Positions 53,686 through 63,730 are shown, numbered from the stretch's first letter. The stretch: 64,000 bases of DNA from Acidimicrobiales bacterium (GCA_052146595.1 JBKQMT010000037.1:8097-72096), one strand, 5' to 3'. Notes: generated from the letters alone by a model not told the origin. A program made the numbers and translations.

Positions 53686-55064
53686 CGGGCCCCGTCCCCA
53701 CCGATCTCGACGGCAAGGTTCGTGAGATCGCCCGCGGCGAGGGTGAGGCACAGATCGCCCGGCCGGAGGATCGCCCGCAAGTAGGCGACGAGATCGTCCC
53801 GGTTGGGCACGTACACCGCCCGGGCACCGGGGTGCGAGTGGACGATCGCGTCCAGCACGAGCTTGCCCGACACGCCCGGTCGCGGTGTCTCGCCGGCCGG
53901 GTATATCTCGGTCACGGCGACTATGTCCGCTCCCTCGAAAGCATCGGCGAAGTCGGGCGCGAGGGTGGCGACGCGCGAGTAGCGATGGGGCTGGAAGACA
54001 CAGACGATCCGCCCGAAGTTGCCGCCCCGGGCAGCAGAAAGGGCGACGCGCACCTCGCCGGGAAGATGGGCGTAGTCGTCGACGAAGGTGACACCGCCCA
54101 CGTCGCCCCGGAACTCGAAGCGCCTCGCCACCCCGGCAAAGCGCGCCAGCGCCCGCCGGGCATGCTCAGGATCGACCCCGAGCTCGAGGGCTGCCGCGAC
54201 GGCGGCGGCCGCGTTGCGGGCGTTGTGGATGCCCGGCACCGGCAGCTCGAAGATGCCGAGGCTGGTCCCCTCCTCGAGCAGCTCGAAACGAAGGTGGTTG
54301 CGGCCGGACTCGATGCCCACGATCCTCACCCTCGCTCCGGGCGCGTCGCCGTAGGTCAACGCCGAGGCCGGTGCGAGGGAGAGGGCGACCGGGTCGTCGG
54401 CACAGACAACGGCCTTTCCAACCAGGCCGAAGAACATGGCGAAGGCCGCCTCGAGCGCCTCGAAGGAGCCGTAGTGCTCGAGGTGGTCCGGCTCCACGCT
54501 CGTCACGATCCCGATCTCCGGCGCCAGCTGCAGGAATGTCCCGTCACTCTCGTCGGCTTCGACGACCAGCAGCTCGCCAGCGTCCCAGGCCGCGTTCGTC
54601 CCGATCTCGTTCACCTCGCCCCCGATGATGAAGCTCGGACGGAGGCCTGCCTCGACCAGCACCAGGGCGAGCATCGACGACGTCGTCGTCTTGCCGTGAG
54701 TGCCGGCGACCGCGATCGTCCTGCGCAATGCCGCGACCGCCTGCAGCATGGCGGCGCGCGACAGCACCGGGATCCCGAGGCGGCGGGCCTCTGAGATCTC
54801 GACGTTGCTCTCGGGCACCGCCGTCGAGTACGTCAGCACGTCCGCTCCGGCCACGTTCTCGGCCCGGTGCCCGATGAGGACCCCGATGCCACGGGCGCCC
54901 AGGCGCTCGAAGGACGGGGAGGCCTTGATGTCGCTGCCGGTGACCTCGTGGCCCATGGATGCGAGCACGGCCGCTATCGCGCTCATGCCTGCCCCACCCA
55001 CCCCCACGACGTGAATGCGAAGGGGCCCGCTGAGGTCGACCTGCGATCCGTCCGAGGGCGTCAT
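53682..55064 (-). CDS. murC: UDP-N-acetylmuramate--L-alanine ligase
   Basis: [59 protein letters not shown]. Confidence 0.96.
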   Translation of the reverse strand: MTPSDGSQVDLSGPLRIHVVGVGGAGMSAIAAVLASMGHEVTGSDIKASPSFERLGARGIGVLIGHRAENVAGADVLTYSTAVPESNVEISEARRLGIPVLSRAAMLQAVAALRRTIAVAGTHGKTTTSSMLALVLVEAGLRPSFIIGGEVNEIGTNAAWDAGELLVVEADESDGTFLQLAPEIGIVTSVEPDHLEHYGSFEALEAAFAMFFGLVGKAVVCADDPVALSLAPASALTYGDAPGARVRIVGIESGRNHLRFELLEEGTSLGIFELPVPGIHNARNAAAAVAAALELGVDPEHARRALARFAGVARRFEFRGDVGGVTFVDDYAHLPGEVRVALSAARGGNFGRIVCVFQPHRYSRVATLAPDFADAFEGADIVAVTEIYPAGETPRPGVSGKLVLDAIVHSHPGARAVYVPNRDDLVAYLRAILRPGDLCLTLAAGDLTNLAVEIGGDGAR

Positions 55065-56230
55065 CGGTGGCACTCCGACACCGACTCGACCAGCGCCGCC
55101 ACCATATCGGCGGCATCCCGGTGACCGGCCGCCGCGGCCGCAGAGCCCATCGAGGCGAGGCGCTCGGGGTCGGCGAGCAGCGATTCGACGAGCTCGCAGA
55201 GCCGCTCGGGGGTGCAATCTTCGTCCCTGAGCAACACGGCCGCCCCCAGCTCGCTCAGCGCCTCGGCGTTGCGCGTCTGGTGGTCGTGGGGTGCTCCGGG
55301 CAACGGGACGAGCACGCTCGGCGTCCCGATGGCGGCCAGCTCGGCCACCGTCGAGGCGCCCGCCCTGCACACGGCGAGGTCGCAGGCGGCGAGCAGGGCT
55401 GGCATCTGTCGCTCGTAGCCGACGAGGCGGTAGTCGAGCGCCATCTCGGTTCCGGACCCAGCCGAGGCCTGCGGGCCGAGGCCGAGGCCGGCTGCCTCGG
55501 CCCTCATGTCCGCAAGGTTCCGCTCGCCGGCGACGTGGTAGATGGCGACGTCGCCGCGTCCCGCCCAGGACTTCGCGAGGCCGATCGTGGCCTCGTTCAA
55601 GCGGCGCGCCCCGAGCGAGCCGCCCGCAACGGCAAGGAGGAAACGACCGGACGGCACCCCGATCGCCGCCCGGGCTGAGTCGCGCGCTTGCCCGCTTCGC
55701 TCCGCCTTCAGGACCGAGCTGCGAAGCGGTGCTCCCGTCACGACTTGGTTCGGGAGCGCCGTGCCCTCGAAGGCGACCGCGCACTTGCAGGCAAAGCGCG
55801 CCACGACCCGGTTGGAGGTGCCAGGGACGGCGTCGTAGCTCACGACGACAAGTGGCACCCGCAAGAGGATCGCCGCCGCCGAGCAAGGAAGCCCGGCGTA
55901 ACCGCCCACTGTGACCACGACGCGGGGGCGGCGGCGGAGCACGATCGCTAGGGCGAGCAAGCACGCCACGGCCAGGCCGACGACAGCGCCCAGGTTTGCG
56001 AGCGTGAGCCGGCGTTGGATGCCCCTACCGGGCAACAAGGTGACCTCGAAGCCCGCCTCGGGCACGAGCCGGCCTTCCATGCCACGCCGCGACCCGACAA
56101 AGCCGATCGTCGAGGGGGCGTGACCGCGGGCCACGAGCGCCTCGCCGACGGCGAGGGCCGGTTGCACATGCCCGGCGGTCCCTCCGCCGGTGAGGAGCAC
56201 GAAGGTGCCTGGCGAGCCGTGCCGCATCAC
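55061..56230 (-). CDS. murG: Lipid II GlcNAc transferase
   Basis: TGGGTAGHVQP, GGY, GGSLGA, RAGASTVAEL, DHQTRNA. Confidence 0.96.
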   Translation of the reverse strand: MMRHGSPGTFVLLTGGGTAGHVQPALAVGEALVARGHAPSTIGFVGSRRGMEGRLVPEAGFEVTLLPGRGIQRRLTLANLGAVVGLAVACLLALAIVLRRRPRVVVTVGGYAGLPCSAAAILLRVPLVVVSYDAVPGTSNRVVARFACKCAVAFEGTALPNQVVTGAPLRSSVLKAERSGQARDSARAAIGVPSGRFLLAVAGGSLGARRLNEATIGLAKSWAGRGDVAIYHVAGERNLADMRAEAAGLGLGPQASAGSGTEMALDYRLVGYERQMPALLAACDLAVCRAGASTVAELAAIGTPSVLVPLPGAPHDHQTRNAEALSELGAAVLLRDEDCTPERLCELVESLLADPERLASMGSAAAAAGHRDAADMVAALVESVSECHR

Positions 56231-56240
56231 GCACCCATCC

Positions 56241-57488
56241 TTACGCAGGCGCCGTTGCCGGCTGGCGCCGCGCGATCCCGAAAAGCAGCCCGGCCGCGAG
56301 CAGGACGACGACCAAGGAGGATCCACCGTAGGAGATGAACGGGAGGGGGATGCCCGTCACGGGCAGGGCGTCAACCACGCCGCCGACGTTGATGACGGCC
56401 TGTGCCAGCACCCAACAGGTGACGCCGACGGCGAGAAGGCGAGCGAAGGGGTCCTTCTCGCGCGCCGCGATGCGAAAGCCGGCCCATGCGAAGGCGGCGA
56501 AACCTGCGAGGACGACGAGGGCTCCCACGAGACCGAGGTTGCCGGCGATCACGGCGAAGACGAAGTCGGTGTGAGCATTGGGCAGGTACCCCCACGAGGT
56601 GACCGATCCCCCGACACCGTTGCCCGTCACACCGCCGAGCCCGAGGGTGGCAAGCGACTGCACTACTTGATAGCCTCTCGTCGAGGCGTGGGCGAACGGG
56701 TTGACGAACGACAAGAGGCGGTCACGCCGGTAGGTGGCCGACAGGGCGACGAAAGCACCGACGGCGCAGACCGTGACCCCCGAGGCCGCCAGAGTCGGGA
56801 GCCGGACGCCGGCGGCGAAGAGCATCGAGAAGGTGATGCAACCGATCACGATGGCCGTGCCGAGGTCGGGCTGCTTGATGATGAGCACGGCAGCCAACGC
56901 CATGAACACGAGCAGGGGCCGGACCACTGCGTTCCACTGGTCGGCTCGCCTGGCGCGACGCGCGAGCAGGTCGGCGGCGAAGACGACGGTGGCCAGTTTC
57001 ATGAGCTCCGAGGGTTGGATCTGGATCGGTCCGATCCCGACCCACCGGCTCGAGCCACCGGAGAACTGGCCGACCCCGGGCACGAACACGACGATCAGGA
57101 GCGAGAAGGCGGCGGCGGGCAGCACGAAGCGAAATTTCCTGACGACTGTTGCGGGAGTGCGGCTCGCCAGCAGGGCGGCGACGAGACCGATGCCCATGTA
57201 GACGCACTGGCGGATCTCGTAGGACCAGGGCGAGCCGCCGGCCAGGATGGCGCCAGGGGCGGAGGCCGAGAGCACGATGGGCAGGCCGAGCAGGCACAGG
57301 CCGGCCACGGATGCGAACAGCACCTTGGCCTCGAGGCTGAGATGTACGGTCTTTGCGGCGCGAGCCGGCCGGGCGCCGCCCTTGACAAGCTCGATGCGCG
57401 GGACCCTCTCGGCCGCCGGGGTCCCGCGCCTCGTGGCGGTGTCGGGCCTCGGCCCGGCTGCGGCGCGCGCCTGGGCGGGCCGGCTCAC
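56241..57488 (-). CDS. ftsW: SEDS peptidoglycan glycosyltransferase FtsW
   Basis: SRWV, QPSELMK, QPDLGT, GYQVVQS, YLPNAHTDFVFA, PVTGIPLPFISYGGSS. Confidence 0.95.
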   Translation of the reverse strand: MSRPAQARAAAGPRPDTATRRGTPAAERVPRIELVKGGARPARAAKTVHLSLEAKVLFASVAGLCLLGLPIVLSASAPGAILAGGSPWSYEIRQCVYMGIGLVAALLASRTPATVVRKFRFVLPAAAFSLLIVVFVPGVGQFSGGSSRWVGIGPIQIQPSELMKLATVVFAADLLARRARRADQWNAVVRPLLVFMALAAVLIIKQPDLGTAIVIGCITFSMLFAAGVRLPTLAASGVTVCAVGAFVALSATYRRDRLLSFVNPFAHASTRGYQVVQSLATLGLGGVTGNGVGGSVTSWGYLPNAHTDFVFAVIAGNLGLVGALVVLAGFAAFAWAGFRIAAREKDPFARLLAVGVTCWVLAQAVINVGGVVDALPVTGIPLPFISYGGSSLVVVLLAAGLLFGIARRQPATAPA

Positions 57489-58519
57489 TTGGGCCGCCCC
57501 ACAGAGAGAAAGTCGGCGTAGAAAAGACCGAGGCCGAGGGCCACGCACAGGCCGGAGAAGATCCAGAAGCGGACGGTGACCGTCGTCTCCGGCCATCCCT
57601 TCAGCTCGAAGTGGTGGTGCAAGGGTGCCATGAGGAACACCCGCCGGTGGAAGACCCTGAAGCTGATCACCTGGATGATGACCGACATCGTCTCGACGAC
57701 GAACAAGCCGCCGATGATGGGCAGGAGCAGCTGCACGTTCATCGAGAGCGCCAAGCAGGCGAGGCCCGTGCCGATCGAAAGCGAGCCCGTGTCGCCCATG
57801 ATGATGCGCGCCGGAGCCGCGTTCCACCACAAGAAACCGATACAGGCCCCACCCATGGCGACCGCCACCAGCGCGAGGTCGAGGGCGGTGGGCACCTTGT
57901 AGATGCCGGGGTGCCGGTACTGCACGAAGCCGGCGAGAGCGAGGAACCCGAACACGAAGGCGGCGGAGCCTGCCGCGAGGCCGTCGAGGCCGTCGGTCAG
58001 GTTCACCGAGTTGGCCGTCCCGTAGATGACGAAAGTGCCCCAGATCACCCACCCGACGGAACCGAGCTCGTTCCCGGGAAGGTCGTAGCGGGTGAACGAG
58101 AGCGTGGTGCGAGCCCCGCCCCAGTGAAGGTCCGCGAGGCAGAAGGCGACTGCGACCGCCACGAGGCCGATCGTCTTCCACCGCTTGTTGAGTCCGAGCG
58201 AGCGCCGCCTGCTCACCTTGATCCAGTCATCCGCAGCCCCGACAACGCCCGTGGCGACGATGGCGACGAGCACGAGCAGTGCCGGCCGGGTGAACGGGGC
58301 CGAAGTGCCGAAATGACCCAGGCAGTAGCCGGCCACCATCGCGATCAAGATCGCGATCCCGCCCATGGTCGGCGTGCCTGCCTTCACCGTGTGGTGAGCC
58401 GGGCCGTCGACGCGGATCTGCTGGCCGATGCGCCAGCGGATGAGCCAGCGCAGCAAGATCGGCGTCCCGAAAGCCGCCACCAGGATCGACACGGCACCGG
58501 CGGACAGCAGCGGGATCAT
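57485..58519 (-). CDS. mraY: Phospho-N-acetylmuramoyl-pentapeptide transferase
   Basis: KAGTPTMGG, ADDWIK, NSVNLTDGLDGLA, MGDTGS, MAPLHHHFE. Confidence 0.97.
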   Translation of the reverse strand: MIPLLSAGAVSILVAAFGTPILLRWLIRWRIGQQIRVDGPAHHTVKAGTPTMGGIAILIAMVAGYCLGHFGTSAPFTRPALLVLVAIVATGVVGAADDWIKVSRRRSLGLNKRWKTIGLVAVAVAFCLADLHWGGARTTLSFTRYDLPGNELGSVGWVIWGTFVIYGTANSVNLTDGLDGLAAGSAAFVFGFLALAGFVQYRHPGIYKVPTALDLALVAVAMGGACIGFLWWNAAPARIIMGDTGSLSIGTGLACLALSMNVQLLLPIIGGLFVVETMSVIIQVISFRVFHRRVFLMAPLHHHFELKGWPETTVTVRFWIFSGLCVALGLGLFYADFLSVGRPK

Positions 58520-59988
58520 TCGCCAGCTCCCTCGCGGCTCATTCGCGCCAGCTCTTCGGCGATGACGGCACGGTCGCTGAACTCGAGGGACTCGTCCCCG
58601 ATCTCTTGGACCGTCTCGTGGCCCTTGCCGGCGACGACGACGACGTCGCCCGCACTCGCCATGCCGAGCGCGGCCGCGATCGCCTGCCGGCGGTCCGGCT
58701 CGACGACAAGGCGTGCCTCCCCGTTGCATCCCGCCCGGACCTCGCGGATGATGGCGAGCGGATCCTCGCGACGGGGGTTGTCGGAGGTGAGCACGGCGAC
58801 GTCCGCGAGCCGGGTGGCGATCGAGCCCATCAGGGGCCGTTTCGCCCGGTCCCGGTCCCCCCCGCAACCGAAGACGACGATGACACCCGCGCCGCGGAGC
58901 GAGGCCTCGGCACGCGCCGCGGCGAGGATCTCGGCCAGCCCGGCAGGGGTGTGGGCGTAGTCCACGACGACCTCCAGGCCGAGGCCGTTTCCCACGGGCT
59001 CCAGCCGCCCCGAAGGCGGCTCGGCGGCCGACAGCCCGGCCGCGATCGTCGCTGTGGGCACCTCGAGGACCCGGGCCGCCGCCGCTGCCGCGAGGGCGTT
59101 GCGGACGTTGATCACCCCGCCGGGCCGAACCCGCACCGGCTCGCCCCCGAGACGGAAGTGGCTCGCTTCGAGGCCGACTTCGAGCTCTTCTGCTTGCGCG
59201 AGCGAGAAGGTGCCCATCGGGATGGCGGCGTTCTCGAGCAGCCGTCGGCCGCAGGGGTCGTCCGCGTTCACGACTGCCTGGCGGGCGTGCTCGGGCTCGA
59301 AGAGCCTGGCCTTGGCGGCAAAGTAGGCCTCCATGGTCCCGTGGTAGTCGAGATGGTCCTGGCTCAGGTTCGTAAAGACCGCCACGTCGTGGCAATAGCC
59401 GTCGAGGCGGTGCTGCACGAGGGCGTGGGAGGTCACCTCGAGCGCCACGGCGGCTCGGTTCGAGTCCCTGGCGTGGGCGAGGGCACGCTGCAGGTCGGGT
59501 GCCTCGGGCGTCGTGCGCGGCCCCCCTAGGGTGCCGATCACCGCTGTCGGCCAGCCGTGCTCCTCGAACACCGAGCGGAGGAGGTAGGTCGTCGTCGTCT
59601 TGCCGTTGGTCCCGGTCACCCCGACCGTTCTCAGAGACGAGGCCGGGTCGCTCCACAGCGCGCAGGCGGCAAGGGCCATGGCCGGGCGGGCGCCGCCCGC
59701 GCCCACTACCAGCTGGACCGCTCCCGCGGCCTCGTCTCCGAGCGGCCGCTCGCACACCAGTGCGACCGCCCCCGAGCGAACCGCGGCCGAGGCGAATTCA
59801 TGCCCGTCAAGATGTGCTCCCGGTAGGCAGCAGTGCAGGGCGCCAGGGCGCACGCGGCGATGGTCGTAGGTCACCGAGGAGATGACCACGCCCGTTACCT
59901 CGCCGATGACCCTTCCCGGTGCCAAGCGCGCGATGACCTCTTCGAGGGCGACCTCCGGCTCCGAGCACACGGTCGCGGAAGCGCTCAC
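58516..59988 (-). CDS. murE: UDP-MurNAc-L-Ala-D-Glu--meso-diaminopimelate ligase
   Basis: GVTGTNGKTT, TTPE, EVTSH, FTNLSQDHLDYH, VDYAHTP, GCGGDRD, DNPR (DAP-specific), AGKGHE. Confidence 0.96.
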   Translation of the reverse strand: MSASATVCSEPEVALEEVIARLAPGRVIGEVTGVVISSVTYDHRRVRPGALHCCLPGAHLDGHEFASAAVRSGAVALVCERPLGDEAAGAVQLVVGAGGARPAMALAACALWSDPASSLRTVGVTGTNGKTTTTYLLRSVFEEHGWPTAVIGTLGGPRTTPEAPDLQRALAHARDSNRAAVALEVTSHALVQHRLDGYCHDVAVFTNLSQDHLDYHGTMEAYFAAKARLFEPEHARQAVVNADDPCGRRLLENAAIPMGTFSLAQAEELEVGLEASHFRLGGEPVRVRPGGVINVRNALAAAAAARVLEVPTATIAAGLSAAEPPSGRLEPVGNGLGLEVVVDYAHTPAGLAEILAAARAEASLRGAGVIVVFGCGGDRDRAKRPLMGSIATRLADVAVLTSDNPRREDPLAIIREVRAGCNGEARLVVEPDRRQAIAAALGMASAGDVVVVAGKGHETVQEIGDESLEFSDRAVIAEELARMSREGAGE

Positions 59989-61997
59989 GGGCTGTCAGGT
60001 GCCGACGAGCTCGAGGAGAGCCCCCGCCCGCCCGTAGGCGCGATGTCGAAGTGGCGCAGCGCGTACCCCATGATGGCAGAGAAGACCGGTGCGGACGCCA
60101 GGCCTCCGTAGATGAGGTCGGGGTGGCTGAGCATGACAAGGGTCGTGAGAGCTGGGTTCTGGGCCGGCGCGAACCCGACGAAAGTCGCGCTCCAGGCGTC
60201 GTCTTCATAGCCGCCGCTGGCGCTCGGGATCTGCGCCGTCCCCGTCTTGCCGGCGACCGTGTACCCCGGGATGCGGGCGGCGACGGCAGTGCCGTCCTCG
60301 GTCACCTGTTCGAGCATGGGTAGAAGCTCGCCGACGGTGCGCGACGAGAGCACTCTCGTTCCCCGCGAGACGGGCAGGACGTGCTCGGTGCCATCGGCTG
60401 AGACCGTCGCCTCTATCATCCGGGGCGGGATGAGCTCGCCACCGTTCGCGATGGCGTTGTAGGCGTCGAGGATCTGGAGCGCGGTCACGGCCTCTCCGGT
60501 ACCGATCGGGACCGTCCCCATCGAAGAGGCCGACCACGAGCTCTCGTCGTTGGGGTTCGGCACGATGCCGGCGCTCTCACCCGGCCATCCGAGACCGGTC
60601 GGCTCGCCGAAGCCGAGGTCGCGAAGGAAGTACGAGAGGTGCTGGGCACCCAGGAGACGGGCGATCTCGATCGTGCCGATGTTCGAGGACTGGGCAAGGA
60701 TCTGCGTGGCTGTGAGCTGTTCGGTCGGATGGTAGTCGGAGTCGGCGAAGGGCCAACCACCGAGCGAGATCTGGTAGGGCACCGTGAAGACGGAGCTCGG
60801 AGTGATCAGTCCCTCCTGGAGGGCGCCCGAGATCGTCACGAGCTTCATGACCGAGCCCGGTTGATAGACGGAGGTGACGGCCAGGTTCTGGTCCGCCGGG
60901 AGGATCTGGCCATGGGGCCCGGCGACGAGATCGACCATGGCGAGGATGCCGCCTGTTCGCCTGTCCTCGACGATCGCCACACCGCTGGTCGCATGGGTGG
61001 CGGTGATCTGGCGGGAAAGGTCCCTCGTGACCTCGAACTGGAGCGGCTCGTCCAAGGTGAGCACCAGGCCGGTGCCCTGGCGGGCGGCGACGACGTCTGT
61101 GGGCGAGCCGGGAAGCCCCTCGCCGTTAGGACCGGTCGGCACCACCTCCGAGCCGGGAGATCCCTCTAGCAGCGAGTTCTCCATGTACTCGAGCCCGGAA
61201 AGGGCCCGGCCGCCGAAGCCGACCACCCCGAGGACGGGAGAGAAAAGGTTGCCGTCCGGGTCGATCCGGGCGAGGTCGGGCGTGAAGCTCAGATAGGGCA
61301 GGTCGAGGCCGGCGACCTTCTCCTCGACGGCTCCGTTTACTTGGTACGCGAGGGGAACATACCCGCTGTGCTCGCTGAGCTTGGCGCGAAGCGCCCCCAC
61401 CCCTAGCCCGAGCATCGCGGCAAGGCGGCCAAGACCGGCCTGTGGGTCGGTCACGAGGTAGTCGTCCGCGATGACGTCGACACGCGAGGCGGAGGCCGCG
61501 AGCACGTTCCCGTTGCGGTCGTAGATCGCTCCGCGCAAGGAGGGCAGCGCGACACGCTCGTAGACCTCATCGGCCCCGTAGGACGCGTAGTGCACGGCGT
61601 CGACACCCTGGATCTGGACAAGCCGGGCCGCCAGGCCTGACAGTGCGAACGCGGCGATGACGACCATGACGATCAGGCGCCTTCGCGTCCGGACCGGCCT
61701 TATCGTGGCTGCGGCTGGCCTCGGGCGCCTCGCCCGGCTCGGTGCTCCCCGACCGGTGGCCGTGCCGTTGGCGCCGGCGGTCCTGCGGCTGGTGGGGGTC
61801 GTGCGGGTGGTGGGGGTCGGGCGGGTGGTGGTGGGGGCCGTGCGGCTAGCGGCGGCCGCGCGGCTGGTGCCGCCCAACGTGGTGCGGACTGATCCTGCCC
61901 GCCGGTGCTCTCCGGTCGTCGAACGGCGCCCGGCCGTTCCCGGCGGCAAGCCCGAGCGGGCCCTCGCCCCCCGGCCGGACGGGGTCAACTCGCTCAC
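59985..61997 (-). CDS. ftsI: Class B penicillin-binding protein FtsI/PBP3
   Basis: RGAIYDRNG, SVMK (SxxK), SSN, KTGTAQ; long R/T-rich cytoplasmic N-terminus. Confidence 0.95.
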   Translation of the reverse strand: MSELTPSGRGARARSGLPPGTAGRRSTTGEHRRAGSVRTTLGGTSRAAAASRTAPTTTRPTPTTRTTPTSRRTAGANGTATGRGAPSRARRPRPAAATIRPVRTRRRLIVMVVIAAFALSGLAARLVQIQGVDAVHYASYGADEVYERVALPSLRGAIYDRNGNVLAASASRVDVIADDYLVTDPQAGLGRLAAMLGLGVGALRAKLSEHSGYVPLAYQVNGAVEEKVAGLDLPYLSFTPDLARIDPDGNLFSPVLGVVGFGGRALSGLEYMENSLLEGSPGSEVVPTGPNGEGLPGSPTDVVAARQGTGLVLTLDEPLQFEVTRDLSRQITATHATSGVAIVEDRRTGGILAMVDLVAGPHGQILPADQNLAVTSVYQPGSVMKLVTISGALQEGLITPSSVFTVPYQISLGGWPFADSDYHPTEQLTATQILAQSSNIGTIEIARLLGAQHLSYFLRDLGFGEPTGLGWPGESAGIVPNPNDESSWSASSMGTVPIGTGEAVTALQILDAYNAIANGGELIPPRMIEATVSADGTEHVLPVSRGTRVLSSRTVGELLPMLEQVTEDGTAVAARIPGYTVAGKTGTAQIPSASGGYEDDAWSATFVGFAPAQNPALTTLVMLSHPDLIYGGLASAPVFSAIMGYALRHFDIAPTGGRGLSSSSSAPDSP

Positions 61998-62608
61998 CCG
62001 GGTGGGCTGATCGCTGTGGGTCGGCCCCCGGTGTGGTAGGGCCTCGTTCCTGACTTGGCGCCGCGCTTGGAGAGCTCGGTGATGGTGGACTGGGCAGTTT
62101 CCCCGGCCATGGAGGAGCCGGACTCTCGCCCTGTCGCGGCTGAGGCGGCGGCGGCCGCTCTGGCAGCGCTCGCTCCCGCCTGTGCCACCGACGGGCCGGG
62201 GTTCACTGGCGACAGGTAGGACACGGACCCCGGAGCGACCATGCCGAGCTGCCGCTCGGCGATGTTGAGAACGCGGACGGGGGACTCGAGCTCGGCGCGC
62301 GAGAGCTGCAGGTCCTGCTGCTCACCAAGAGATTGCGAAAGCTCGGCCTGCAAGGTGTCGACTCGTTGCTGATCGGACGCCACGAAGGTGTGCGCGGCTG
62401 CGGTCACGGCGAGGGCGCCGACGACGAGGAGGACGCCGAGGGCTCGGAGCAGGTTCGCCTGGCGGTGGACCGGTGGCGACGCTCTGCGGCGCCGATCGAC
62501 GACGTCGAGCCTCGGGTGTGACGCGCCCTGTTCCTCGGGCCGCGAGGACGCGGCCTCAATGGCCGGCAGCTCCCGGGCTGCCGACGAGGAGACACGCGCC
62601 GCAGCCAT
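61994..62608 (-). CDS. FtsL-like cell division protein
   Basis: Single TM, coiled coil, ESP.RV..IA..QLGMV; position between rsmH and ftsI. Confidence 0.8.
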   Translation of the reverse strand: MAAARVSSSAARELPAIEAASSRPEEQGASHPRLDVVDRRRRASPPVHRQANLLRALGVLLVVGALAVTAAAHTFVASDQQRVDTLQAELSQSLGEQQDLQLSRAELESPVRVLNIAERQLGMVAPGSVSYLSPVNPGPSVAQAGASAARAAAAASAATGRESGSSMAGETAQSTITELSKRGAKSGTRPYHTGGRPTAISPPG

Positions 62609-63558
62609 CAGGCCCCTCCCTGCGGGAGGCGCTCTGCGGCGCGCAGCCTGGCACTGGCGGCGCGGGGATTTCTCGCGGCCTCGGCGGCGCTCGGGAGACG
62701 AGCGCCTCGGGTGAGGACCTGGACCGTCGCTACGGCTCCGCAGACGCAGGGAAGCTCTGGAGGGCAGACACAGCCGCCGCTCGCGGCGCTCGCGAAGAAT
62801 CGCTTCACGAGCCGGTCTTCGCCTGAGTGGTACGACAGGACGACGCAACGGCCCCCGGGGGCCAGCAGGTCGAGGGCACTCCCGAGCCCCGCGGCCAGCA
62901 CGTCGAGCTCCGCGTTGACCTCTATGCGCAGAGCCTGGAACACCCGTTTGGCCGGGTGCCCGGCTCTCTTGCGCGCCACACCGGGCAGGTAGTGCTCGAT
63001 GACCTCGACAAGACGGGAGGTCGTCTCTATCGGCCGGCTGGCAACGATTCCCTCGGCGAGGCGGCGGGAAAAGCGCCCCTCGCCGTTCTCGACGAAGAGC
63101 TCGGTCAGCTCGTCGACACTGAGGTTGTTCACGAGCTCGGCAGCGGTCACTCCCCGGGAACGGTCCATCCGCATGTCCAAAGGACCGTTGAAACGGTAGG
63201 AGAACCCCCGCTCGGGCCTGTCCAGCTGCGGGGAGCTCACGCCGAGATCGAAAAGGACCCCTACGATCGGCCGCCGGTCCCCCGCCAAGGCACGCACCGT
63301 GCTCGCCAGCTCGTCGAAACGGGCCTTTGCCACCCGGGCTCGGTGCCCGAAGCCGGCCAGACGCGCCGAGGACTCGGCCACCGCTTCCTCGTCGGCATCG
63401 ATCCCGATCAGCTCGTGGCGGGGCATGGCGGTGAGCAGGGCCGCGGCGTGGCCGCCTCCACCGACGGTCGCGTCCACGAGCACGCCCGCAGGCACCGGCT
63501 CGAGCATGGACACGACCTCGGAAACCATGACCGGTGTGTGATCGAACTCCTGGATCAT
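62608..63558 (-). CDS. rsmH: 16S rRNA m4C1402 methyltransferase RsmH (MraW)
   Basis: HTPVM, DATVGGGGH, DLGVSSPQLD, RGFSY, PLDMRMD, FQALRIEVN, SYHSGEDR, NPRA.SARLR. Confidence 0.97.
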   Translation of the reverse strand: MIQEFDHTPVMVSEVVSMLEPVPAGVLVDATVGGGGHAAALLTAMPRHELIGIDADEEAVAESSARLAGFGHRARVAKARFDELASTVRALAGDRRPIVGVLFDLGVSSPQLDRPERGFSYRFNGPLDMRMDRSRGVTAAELVNNLSVDELTELFVENGEGRFSRRLAEGIVASRPIETTSRLVEVIEHYLPGVARKRAGHPAKRVFQALRIEVNAELDVLAAGLGSALDLLAPGGRCVVLSYHSGEDRLVKRFFASAASGGCVCPPELPCVCGAVATVQVLTRGARLPSAAEAARNPRAASARLRAAERLPQGGA

Positions 63559-63730
63559 CCGCAACCCCCCGACCAGCTCGAGGGAAGGGCATCCCTCGAA
63601 GTGAGGATGAGACAGGGCGGAGAGGGTTGGAATGCCATCCGGCACTTCGGCCGAGGGGCTGCGGGCAACCCAGGAGTGAAAGGGAGAGGACAGATGCCGG
63701 CGAGACCGTGCCGCGGTGACGAGGTGGCCA

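Noticed and set aside
53682..59755. Apparent long fusion ORFs for MurC (760 aa), FtsW (646 aa) and MraY (756 aa) hiding MurD or MurF domains
   Set aside because: The extensions overlap neighbouring genes in other frames and contain no Mur ligase motifs
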